Below are positions 9,119 to 17,822 of a stretch of DNA of 64,000 nucleotides, one piece after another; the stretch's first letter is position 1; every line of letters starts with the position of its first letter. The translations under genes were made by a program, and so were the position numbers. This stretch comes from Candidatus Omnitrophota bacterium (GTDB lineage: Bacteria > Omnitrophota > Gorgyraeia > Gygaellales > UBA12090), in NCBI GenBank assembly GCA_023247895.1, contig JAHFFP010000001.1, forward strand, positions 1,029 to 65,028, given 5' to 3'. The notes below the pieces were generated by a model that was not told where the DNA came from, did no database searches, and saw only the letters and a list, made by a program, of their open reading frames with translations.

Positions 9119-9668
9119 TCAAGAATATTTTCGGATTTCTTATAAGATCTAGGATAAAGGAATCTTTTCTGGCTTTTTTCTTCTTAAATTCTTCTCTTGT
9201 GTATAAAGTATAATTAATCTCTCTTCTAAATCCTTCTTCAGCTTTCTTTACTTCTCTAATTAGTTGATCTTCATTGACATTGCCCATAATGAAGAGGTCA
9301 ATATCGCTTGCGGCATTCTCGCTTTTTTGGGCAAATGACCCATAGATAAAAGCCAGCTCAATCCCCTTAATTTTAGCCAGAGACTGCTTCAATGCCCCTT
9401 CTACGCCAACAGTCTTAAATACTATACTTTTTAACTCGCTGAATAATGGGTACGATTTATTGAGAGAATAATAAGTTCTATTTCCGTTTTTTCGGGATAA
9501 AAATATGCCTTCCTGCTCCAGTCGGACAAGTTCTTTGCGAATCATACTCACGGGAGTATCAATAAGGCGCTCCAATTCCCTCAGATAATATTCTCCGTGC
9601 GGGTTAGTAAAATAGAGCTTAAAAAGCTCTTTTCGTGTTTTAGATTTAAATATGTTTGAAATATCCAT
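9096..9668 (-). CDS. nucleotidyltransferase (MNT-type, Pol-beta superfamily) with N-terminal winged-helix domain
   Basis: GSFAQK...DIDLFIMG (GS...DxD minimal NTase motif); N-terminal wHTH-like segment. Confidence 0.7.
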   Translation of the reverse strand: MDISNIFKSKTRKELFKLYFTNPHGEYYLRELERLIDTPVSMIRKELVRLEQEGIFLSRKNGNRTYYSLNKSYPLFSELKSIVFKTVGVEGALKQSLAKIKGIELAFIYGSFAQKSENAASDIDLFIMGNVNEDQLIREVKKAEEGFRREINYTLYTREEFKKKKARKDSFILDLIRNPKIFLIGDKNEI

Positions 9669-9819
9669 ATTGTAACCTTTCTCTATTACTATTGTAATAT
9701 ATTTAGATTACAATATCAAGAGAATACTCAATAATGAATAGGACCATCTCCATTCTTATCCATAAAGTTAAATTCAACATTCAAGGTCTGACCCTGTTGT
9801 TTTTGACTGGCGGACGCGG

Positions 9820-10035
9820 TTGCAACCAATTCGCACCGTATCGGAAATCCAAGCAAAGATTATAATTCAACCTTTCCAACGCATACCATTATATCAAAAA
9901 TTATCTAAAAAGGTAACAGAATTGCGGCTTTTGGGTATGCTTCATAAGGAAATAGCTAAAAGTTTAAACATTTCTAAAAGAACAGTTACGAAGGCTTGTA
10001 AATTTCAGGAAAAGATTCAAGGAAGCGAAAAATGA
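9820..10035 (+). CDS. small HTH protein, paralog of 7549-7758
   Basis: LRLLGMLHKEIAKSLNISKRTVTKA. Confidence 0.55.
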   Translation: MQPIRTVSEIQAKIIIQPFQRIPLYQKLSKKVTELRLLGMLHKEIAKSLNISKRTVTKACKFQEKIQGSEK

Positions 10036-10235
10036 GCTGGCCATTTAGTATTCGTAATATTATATATCCTAAAGAAAAATACATCTGGGCGCAGGTTAAG
10101 ATTATACATGAAACAGACAAAGCTATACTGGTAGATAACGGCAGAAAAACTTGGATTCCTAAGTCTCGAATACATGGAATAAGATTACGACATAATATCT
10201 TTGAAATTTACACTAAAGAAAGTACAATAGGATAA
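10032..10235 (+). CDS. small conserved protein of unknown function (partner of HTH gene), overlaps it by 4 nt
   Basis: 67-aa ORF; paralog at 7761-7964. Confidence 0.45.
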   Translation: MSWPFSIRNIIYPKEKYIWAQVKIIHETDKAILVDNGRKTWIPKSRIHGIRLRHNIFEIYTKESTIG

Positions 10236-10365
10236 CACCTAAGGCTTCCCTGGCTAATAGAGGCATTACATTATGCTATAGCCTATAGAACAAGTAAAAA
10301 TAATATAACTATATGTATTGAAATGAGTTACGATTTACTTGCTTTACCGCAAAACAAGTAACCCA

Positions 10366-11814
10366 TCATTTCTTAACCTCTGGAGAATCGGGCAGCTTGT
10401 ATTTAGTTCCCTTAAAATAACCAGAGGGTGGCACGATCTGTATTAACAAACCCTGCTTGGCCCAATTTTTTAACATTTTTGCCATCTTATCGCGCTGGAC
10501 AACACCAGTAACTTCTCTAGCTTTCTCATTTGTAATATATTTATTTTCCTTTAAGTAACTGCTGATCTTTTCCCATTCTGAAGGCCGATATTCATTAAGT
10601 AAAATAACCTTAACGAAATCTTGATATAATGGATAGGTAAGAAATATAGGTGGGTATAAATTCTGAGCGGCCATTTCACTCCTCATGGCCCGAACGCCTT
10701 CGTTCTGATCAAGATTAGGTGGTGACGGAAACTCTCGTAAATGTTTGACTAGTAAATCATTTCTATATCCTTCGGCGCGCACCCATCCAATATTAGCTCT
10801 CGTGATGTTACAGGGGAATAATCCGGGGCTATCTACTTCAACCCTATCTTCGTAAATCTTAACTTCGATATCCCTCTTCATGTGGTAATCTCTGTGAATC
10901 ACCGCATTCGTAATAGCCTCCTTAATCGCCCGTTCTGGAATTTGATATATCGTTTTAAAGCCAGATGGAATGCGAATACCTGATCGCAAAAGCGTCAATA
11001 CATATTCATGAGCATCTTTGATCTGTTTAATAAGCGGGCCTTGTATAGTTTTTGGTACGCCAATAAGATTTGGGGTCTCTCCAATATTCTCGATAGTGCC
11101 GGTGTATTGAAAAACCCTGATAGCGCATTTAGTTTCAGTAAGCTCATTGGGGTATTCTGCAAATAATAAAACTGCTGCTAATGTAGGAAGAAGCTTACCT
11201 TGCTCATTCTTTCGCGCTAATCCAGTTTTTTCCAAAATTGTTTCAATAGGACTGCCGTTAATTCGCCTCGCCTCTTTCCATTCTTCAAAATAGGGTGTCT
11301 TTAATAAGGTAAAATCGATACCCACAAGCCCTTTATCAGCCCTTTCGAACCCTTTTGCATAGGCAAACTTTACCATCTCGTGAGCTGTTAAGTGACGGTT
11401 CCCCTTTACGCCTCGCACATAGACATTATTATTGACCGAATGAAAACTATCTATAGCCTTAGGTACAAATATTAAAGCGACTCTCTTCTGGCCATCAGGC
11501 GCATCGAGAAGAGTAGGCGGCCATAGACCAGGTATTGGTGGAATAATTCTTTGAATTTCCCGCCCTAGAGCATCATACGTTTGAACATTTTCATCAATTC
11601 CATAAATGCGATTAAGACCCTTTAGTTTTGTTTTCTCCGGGTCATCAATGCCCAAAATGATCACACCACCATCTGTATTCGTCATAGCCACAATGGTTTC
11701 TATAACCTTAGTAACAACTTTATCCTCGGACAAACGCTTAAATTCAATCGTTTGGGTTTCAGCAGGTATCTCGAGAATATTCTTTAACCAATCATTTTGA
11801 TTTTCTTTTTTCAT
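10366..11814 (-). CDS. AlbA_2 (Schlafen-like divergent AAA) + HATPase_c_4 domain protein, putative ATP-dependent DNA-binding/defence-associated regulator
   Basis: N-terminal TIEFKRLSEDKV...AMTNTDGGVIILGIDD (AlbA_2) and C-terminal ITNAVIHRDYHMKRDIEVKIYEDRVEVDSPGLFP (HATPase_c_4). Confidence 0.65.
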   Translation of the reverse strand: MKKENQNDWLKNILEIPAETQTIEFKRLSEDKVVTKVIETIVAMTNTDGGVIILGIDDPEKTKLKGLNRIYGIDENVQTYDALGREIQRIIPPIPGLWPPTLLDAPDGQKRVALIFVPKAIDSFHSVNNNVYVRGVKGNRHLTAHEMVKFAYAKGFERADKGLVGIDFTLLKTPYFEEWKEARRINGSPIETILEKTGLARKNEQGKLLPTLAAVLLFAEYPNELTETKCAIRVFQYTGTIENIGETPNLIGVPKTIQGPLIKQIKDAHEYVLTLLRSGIRIPSGFKTIYQIPERAIKEAITNAVIHRDYHMKRDIEVKIYEDRVEVDSPGLFPCNITRANIGWVRAEGYRNDLLVKHLREFPSPPNLDQNEGVRAMRSEMAAQNLYPPIFLTYPLYQDFVKVILLNEYRPSEWEKISSYLKENKYITNEKAREVTGVVQRDKMAKMLKNWAKQGLLIQIVPPSGYFKGTKYKLPDSPEVKK

Positions 11815-11949
11815 ACTAAACCCTCCGAATTTTTAATAGCTTTACTTCGTTTGGATTTATTTTACGAGTCGATAGATTATAGCGACTTACGTAAAGCGTC
11901 TTAAATTTTCTTTAATTTTGCATCTTTGGATCGTTCTATGGAAAACAAC

Positions 11950-12972
11950 TTATACATCTCCATTACCAATTCTTCTCCTTAATAGTTCTGATAGCAGCGA
12001 AGGAAATGTTGTTTGAGGCGGAGCAGGAGACATTAACAATGAAGAAAATGGGGATGGTAATGTCGGGGGTGTATAAAACCCGCTGCCCAATATTCTACCC
12101 CATACCTGCTTGGCAAAACCAATCTGTCCTTTCTGCATATAATCAAATGCTTTTTGAGCATAAGCAAAGTGCGCTTTGATTTTCTGCTTAACCGCTGCTA
12201 ATAAAAAAGGATTGGCATAGAGATATTGGTCTACATAAACACTATTCCCGCCTGGCTCTGGAACAAATGGACTGTTTTTGTAAAGGTCAAGCAGGTAATT
12301 CGTTTTTGCGAAAAACGCCCCAACACCACCCGCATAATCTTCAATCTTATAGGCACTAAACGCCATCCTTGCCAACATTTCTAAATGGAATGACCGTAGA
12401 GGGACTTTATGCACATCTTTCCATCGCTTTAACATCTATACTGTTGGCTTAAACAATCCCCCTGCCTGCTTATTCTCCTGCGTCATCCATTTGTGGGGGA
12501 TTTTGGGATATGTTTGTTGCCATCCCAAACCACTAACCGCTGGTATCTTGAAAAGTTCCTCATTATCACTGAAACCAATCGCAGGAACGACTTCAAAATG
12601 ACAATATGAAAACTTAACAGTTATACACGGTTGAGTTATGATAACTGGCGTTAAAGGATAAGCGCTTCTCAAGACACGGCTAATCTTATTGAGCAATTGC
12701 ATAGGGGTATCGTTTTTGTGCTGCCCATAATGAACCTGAACAATAAAATCTACGTCCTTCAAAGGTCTTATCATTGTATCTCGTGCGTAAGAACCCGTCA
12801 GGAATGTACCCACTATCTTCACATCTGTGGAGTTTTCAAGCATAGTCCTCATCTTTGTATGACTTGCTGAAATAGAACTTTTTTCATTTTCGTTTGGTTC
12901 TATCTTTGAGCGTAATTTTTCAAATTCCTCAAGAATACTTTGTTTCGCCCTCTCGTAAGGTAGTAAAGTCAT
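11950..12972 (-). CDS. SMODS/CD-NTase-like nucleotidyltransferase (~340 aa) interrupted by an in-frame TAG at 12436-12438; annotated by the ORF track as two ORFs (178 aa + 161 aa)
   Basis: N-part: GSYARDTMIRPLKDVDFIV (GS...DxD), FEVVPA third acidic site. C-part begins LKRWKDV...LRSFHLEMLA, matching the helical-domain motif that follows the NTase core in the cGAS/DncV-like family. The two ORFs are in the same frame with only the stop between them. Confidence 0.55.
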
Positions 12973-13508
12973 ACTTGTTTATCCTTTTCAGAATACACTT
13001 CTTCGCCATCCTTAACGCCATCTCGTGCCTTTTGGTAATCTCCCTGTGAAGTCTCTGGCTCATCTTTCTGAATATCATTTACCTCTTGGCAAATCTTCTC
13101 AAGTTCTTTCTGAACTTCATCTAATGTTTTATTGCCATCTTTGTAGTAAGCAAGTAACCTCTGCGCTTCCTTCATCAAACATAGGTATCTATCTGCTGTA
13201 ACTTTATGTCTTAATGCTTGTTTTTCAAACTTCAAGTAAGTCTGCAAAGCCACAAGGATTGCATTAAGTAATATAAAAATCCCGACAATAATTTGCGCTA
13301 ATAGTATATCGCTCTTAGACAGAGCGAAGTAAACCGAAGTTCCCATAATGGCGGTCAAAACCACTATTGCTATCCCCATATTTCTATTGTAAGTAGCAAC
13401 CCTATCTCTTGCGTTGTAATGCTTCTTCTTCCCATACATACAGTCAATTCTAAATTTATTTAATTCTTCAATGGTATTTATACCTTTTTCCATTTTACTC
13501 CTTATCAA
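12969..13508 (-). CDS. SLATT-like 2-TM effector (SMODS- and SLOG-associating 2TM domain)
   Basis: 179 aa: ~50-aa N-region, two hydrophobic helices, helical C-terminus. ATGA overlap with the NTase gene. SMODS+SLATT is a described two-gene conflict system. Confidence 0.5.
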   Translation of the reverse strand: MIRSKMEKGINTIEELNKFRIDCMYGKKKHYNARDRVATYNRNMGIAIVVLTAIMGTSVYFALSKSDILLAQIIVGIFILLNAILVALQTYLKFEKQALRHKVTADRYLCLMKEAQRLLAYYKDGNKTLDEVQKELEKICQEVNDIQKDEPETSQGDYQKARDGVKDGEEVYSEKDKQV

Positions 13509-13693
13509 GTGGCGTAAAATTGCCGCATGAGAGACTCTGCTTCTTTTTGGGGATCCACTTCAACCTTAGACTTTTGCTGTTCCGAATCTAAGACAATTCC
13601 ACCTTTTCCTATAGCTTTAATTCTTGGGAATAACCCTATTATTTGTTTGCGAAATATAACAAAGAAGGCTATAAAAATTAAAACCACCGCCAT
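13505..13693 (-). CDS. small single-TM peptide, translationally coupled (ATGA overlap) to SLATT gene
   Basis: 62 aa, N-terminal hydrophobic helix. Confidence 0.4.
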   Translation of the reverse strand: MAVVLIFIAFFVIFRKQIIGLFPRIKAIGKGGIVLDSEQQKSKVEVDPQKEAESLMRQFYAT

Positions 13694-13747
13694 GGCACTA
13701 TGTATATATACCCCCCCTCTTAGTAAAATAGAAACAACAGCTGTCTC

Positions 13748-14716
13748 CTATTTCCTGCTCGAACACCAATCTATTTGCTTAAAGTCATCAAAAAGTCTGT
13801 TATACAGTTTTCTGTTTATTGGCTTAATATGACTTATTTTTCCCAAAATACGCTCTCTGAATTTTAACAAGCTAAAATCTGGCTTTTTATCAAAGTTAAA
13901 TTCTTCGTTAAATCTATCAATCTGAGTTCGAGGGCCAAGAGTTATGCAGTTATTAATGATCGCTTTTAAATTATGACGATAGGCATAAGGCACATTAGGC
14001 TTTTCATTAACACCAATCCCAGTGACTTCTTGTTTTTGCCAATAATACTGTTCCTTAATTTTACTTTCATTCACAATAAAACCTTCTTGCTTAAAAACTT
14101 TGCAAATAAGCTTCTTAAGGGTTTTAATCCCCATATTCCCAGATATTGTTATATCATCAGAAAAAAATGTGTAAGTATAACTTAATCCTATTTTCATAAA
14201 TAACGTTTTTAGGCGTTTGTCCAGGTTTCTCAGCATCAAAACTGCTAGGATCGGACTAGCTGAAAACCCATGCGGCAGACAGTAATCAGCTGTGGTTAAT
14301 CTTGATAAAATCTTTGACTCCTGCTCATCAAAACCAAGATTTTTAAACAACGCAAATACTTTCTTGAAATGCACACTCGGGAAGAAATCTTTGATGTCTA
14401 ATTTTGTAATGACCCTCTTGCTGAGATGACAGAGAGCATTTGTTAAATTAGACCTTTTCTTCTTATATCCGTGGAAAGTCTCAGGGAGTGAAGTTTTTTT
14501 AGAAATATAGGCTAGGATTGTTCGCTGGAGTTCCTTAAGATCTTTGGAGGTAGAAAAAATAAGGCGCTTTTTGCCGTTTTTATCAATTTCTTCTCGCTTG
14601 CGATAATGATTCCTAAAATGCGATACAATATTGCAAAGCTTCTCTTCACTATAACCTATTTTATAAGAAAGAGAGTAGTAAACTGAACCTGCTGATGAAT
14701 TTATTTTGCCATCCAT
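13748..14716 (-). CDS. reverse transcriptase, retron/Abi-like (RT domain only), with FSDD in place of canonical YADD
   Basis: KKRLIFSTSKDLKELQRTIL (motif 1), LDIKDFFPSV (motif 2), LPHGFSASPILAVLMLRNLD (QG..SP-type motif 4), YTYTFFSDDITISG (motif C). Confidence 0.8.
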   Translation of the reverse strand: MDGKINSSAGSVYYSLSYKIGYSEEKLCNIVSHFRNHYRKREEIDKNGKKRLIFSTSKDLKELQRTILAYISKKTSLPETFHGYKKKRSNLTNALCHLSKRVITKLDIKDFFPSVHFKKVFALFKNLGFDEQESKILSRLTTADYCLPHGFSASPILAVLMLRNLDKRLKTLFMKIGLSYTYTFFSDDITISGNMGIKTLKKLICKVFKQEGFIVNESKIKEQYYWQKQEVTGIGVNEKPNVPYAYRHNLKAIINNCITLGPRTQIDRFNEEFNFDKKPDFSLLKFRERILGKISHIKPINRKLYNRLFDDFKQIDWCSSRK

Positions 14717-15077
14717 TAGTAATGATAGCCATATTGAACAAATCTATAGAAAAGTCACGCCGTGACTGCATCATACATTGGGAAATAAAGGACCTTACGA
14801 TTTTAGTAATTGCCTCAACAATCGTGCTTAGAGCCTGTAATGTCGTAGCAAACAAAGCAAATGCCTTAACTGCCGTGCTTGCTTTATCCCTATCACGAAT
14901 TTTGGTAACTGCTATTCTCTTGGCGTCCTCGATCTCCCCAAAATTAAGAGAATTTCTTCTCTTTTTTTGTTTCGATCTACTCATTTGACCACCCCCTTTC
15001 TTCTTTGACTTGTTCACTCTTAAATTTTGGGATATATTTCCCCAATGAAAGATAAGCATATATTTATTGCTTATCAT
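14661..15077 (-). CDS. uncertain ORF upstream of and overlapping RT start (basic N-terminus); may instead be non-coding RNA region
   Basis: ORF track only; overlaps RT by 56 nt. Confidence 0.2.
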   Translation of the reverse strand: MISNKYMLIFHWGNISQNLRVNKSKKKGGGQMSRSKQKKRRNSLNFGEIEDAKRIAVTKIRDRDKASTAVKAFALFATTLQALSTIVEAITKIVRSFISQCMMQSRRDFSIDLFNMAIITNGWQNKFISRFSLLLSFL

Positions 15078-15464
15078 TTGTTAACTATACAATCCTTCTT
15101 TTTAATTATCCTACGACATTAATAATGCTACGGCTACTTTGTCCGTTCGATTATTCTTCTTAACTTAATTGTTGGCGTCAAAAGATAATCAAAGGGAGAA
15201 ATTGAAAGAAAGATTGTTGAGTCTCTTTTCGAGAACAACTTAAGCGCGAAATGCTCTTGCTGGGAAAGGGGCACAACTCTGGTAGACTAAAAGAGAAGAT
15301 ATCAAAGAGCTACGGTAAGCGTAACGCTTACCGCAAAAAGTATATCACCACTCATATTGTTTGTCAATGAAAAAATACAACATCTGGTATGTTATCTTCC
15401 CTGAACAACAATATATTGTATGACAATGCTGAACGAATAGAAATTTGGCGCCTTAAAACTAGTA

Positions 15465-17822
15465 TTACAAACTGATAACCTTCATAACCTCATCGCCATA
15501 GTGATTAATTACTTTTACGGCGATTTTTCCGGTCCTTGGCTTAGAGAATGGGCGGGAAACAGTGGAATAAAGATCATCCCAGGCGTCCTCTTTGATATCT
15601 GCCTTGAGTGCTTTCTTTAATTTTTCGTAGGGTTTATCTGCTCCGAGGAAATACGCGTGAGTAACAAAGAATGCTTCTCCGTTATAATTCGTATCTATAA
15701 ACCAGGCAGCGATTTCATGTTCTGGATCCCCTGACCCGCTTGAGCGAATTTCGCTCTTAACTGGATCGTATATATCCACACCAACTATTTCAACTATGAT
15801 ACCCTCTTTTGTTTGCTTAACTTTTACGTCCGGCTCTCCAAAAGCAAGGAAAAGATTGCCTGATCCGGTTTTCTTAAGGAGATCACCCATGGAGAGATCA
15901 GGATTAATCTTTACCTTCATTACGCGCAATTTCCCTACTTCAGAAGGCTCGGAGAATGCTGATGCCTCAAAAGAAGTAGCCGCAACCACAAGAAGATCTG
16001 CAAATTTCTTGGCTACTTTAGCTGCATCGTGGATAAAATCATCATCAGCACTACCAAACTCGGGACCAATAGCAACAGCAACTTTCTTTAATCCCTGAGC
16101 TGTCTTATATTCACCCGAAGCTTGAATTTCAGGCCCACCCGGAAGAATATCTAGATTAACAAACTCCACCCGCGCACCTTTTTCACCGGTCTGTACTCCG
16201 GCCTTAAGGAGATTTGCAACCACGGTCTCTACGAAACGCTCAGAAGAAACCATTTCTTGAGCATCAGAAACACGGTGAGGCGAAAGCGACTCTACTGTAA
16301 AAGGTCCAGATACTCGAACAATATTCTTATCCTCTTTCGGTTGATCATATAACATCTCTTGTTCCGGTTCTTCATTATTGGCCAACGACCTAAGAGTAAC
16401 ATGAGGCACAGTATTATATTCAAATCCTATGCTAATATTGAATTTATCTTTAAGCGTATAATAAGGAAACTTCGCCGTCATAAGACGAGTACGAGCTAAC
16501 GCTAACGCAACCCGAGAAGTATCTATAGTAATCCATCTTCTGCCCCATTGCTCTGCAACGCAAGCTGTTGTGCCTGCACCACAAGTTGGATCTAATACTA
16601 AGTCTCCGGGATCTGTAGTCATCAAAATACAGCGTTTTATAACTTCGATTCCAGTTTGAACAACATATTTCTTATTCTGTTCTGATAACTGCGTATTCCA
16701 AATATTATCATACTGAATATATGGAAAATCTTTTACGTATCTCACAAAGCGTAATGTTCCAGAAGCATAAATTCTACCAATCTCTGCAAGTTTTTTTAAG
16801 CTTTCTTCTGAAACCCGCCATCCATTATTTGGATTGTAAATTTTACCTTTATATTTAAAACTATAGATTGCTTGAGGGGCACTTGCCTCAATCTGTTGCG
16901 TTCCTACAATCTCATTTTCATCTACATAGTCTCTTTTTATAAAGAGAGGCCTGAATTTTAGTTCTTTCTCTTCTTTTGCGTACCATAAAATATAATCAAA
17001 AATATTGTTTAGGCGATCGGTTGGCTTTGTCATTGCTGTACGAAAACCAATTTGATTTATAAAATTATCATTCCCGAAAACCTCATCCATAATGTTTCTT
17101 ACTAAATGGACGTTTTCATCATTAATTTGGACAAAACATGAACCACTTTCAGTTAATAGCTCCCGCGCTACTATCAAACGATCTCGCAGATAAGAAAGAT
17201 AAGAATGAATTCCTAGCTCCCAAGTATCGCGATAAGCTTTAATTTGTTCTGGCTGCCGGATAAAATCATCAACCTTATTATCTTTCACATCACGCTTACG
17301 AGTTGATACCTGCCAATTTGAACCAAACTTTATACCGTAAGGTGGGTCAATGTAAATAGTCTGCACTTTACCCCGCATTCCCTCTTTCTCAAGTAGACTA
17401 TTCATTACCAATAAAGAATCACCCAGGACCATGCGATTTTGCCAATTATCCTCATGTTTATAAAACTCAACTGCTTTATCAAATTGCTGCTGCGTTGTTT
17501 CGCCAAAAAGGATTAATTGCATTTCATCTTTAGCTCCCTGTTTAAGCCGAGCAATAATCCCTTCAGGGGCAACCTTTTCTTGAACATAAATTGGAACTGT
17601 AGAAACAGATAATTCTACACCCGCCTCTTTCTTGCCAGCCCAAACTAATTGTGGCTCAAGAGAAGGATCATAATCATACCTTTTCTTTATTGGCTGCTTA
17701 TCGCGGGCAGAAAGTTTTACAGATTCTTCCTGTGTAGGAATACGCTTTCGCTTATCTTTATGCTTATACGAGACTATTGCAGCAGCTTCGGTAGTTCGTG
17801 GTTCTAACCTTTTTCTTCCCAT
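15465..17822 (-). CDS. mod: Type III restriction-modification methyltransferase (Mod), N6-adenine beta-class
   Basis: DPPYGIKFGSNWQ (motif IV) precedes DPTCGAGTTACVA (motif I) = beta-class order; 19-nt overlap with res. Confidence 0.8.
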   Translation of the reverse strand: MGRKRLEPRTTEAAAIVSYKHKDKRKRIPTQEESVKLSARDKQPIKKRYDYDPSLEPQLVWAGKKEAGVELSVSTVPIYVQEKVAPEGIIARLKQGAKDEMQLILFGETTQQQFDKAVEFYKHEDNWQNRMVLGDSLLVMNSLLEKEGMRGKVQTIYIDPPYGIKFGSNWQVSTRKRDVKDNKVDDFIRQPEQIKAYRDTWELGIHSYLSYLRDRLIVARELLTESGSCFVQINDENVHLVRNIMDEVFGNDNFINQIGFRTAMTKPTDRLNNIFDYILWYAKEEKELKFRPLFIKRDYVDENEIVGTQQIEASAPQAIYSFKYKGKIYNPNNGWRVSEESLKKLAEIGRIYASGTLRFVRYVKDFPYIQYDNIWNTQLSEQNKKYVVQTGIEVIKRCILMTTDPGDLVLDPTCGAGTTACVAEQWGRRWITIDTSRVALALARTRLMTAKFPYYTLKDKFNISIGFEYNTVPHVTLRSLANNEEPEQEMLYDQPKEDKNIVRVSGPFTVESLSPHRVSDAQEMVSSERFVETVVANLLKAGVQTGEKGARVEFVNLDILPGGPEIQASGEYKTAQGLKKVAVAIGPEFGSADDDFIHDAAKVAKKFADLLVVAATSFEASAFSEPSEVGKLRVMKVKINPDLSMGDLLKKTGSGNLFLAFGEPDVKVKQTKEGIIVEIVGVDIYDPVKSEIRSSGSGDPEHEIAAWFIDTNYNGEAFFVTHAYFLGADKPYEKLKKALKADIKEDAWDDLYSTVSRPFSKPRTGKIAVKVINHYGDEVMKVISL

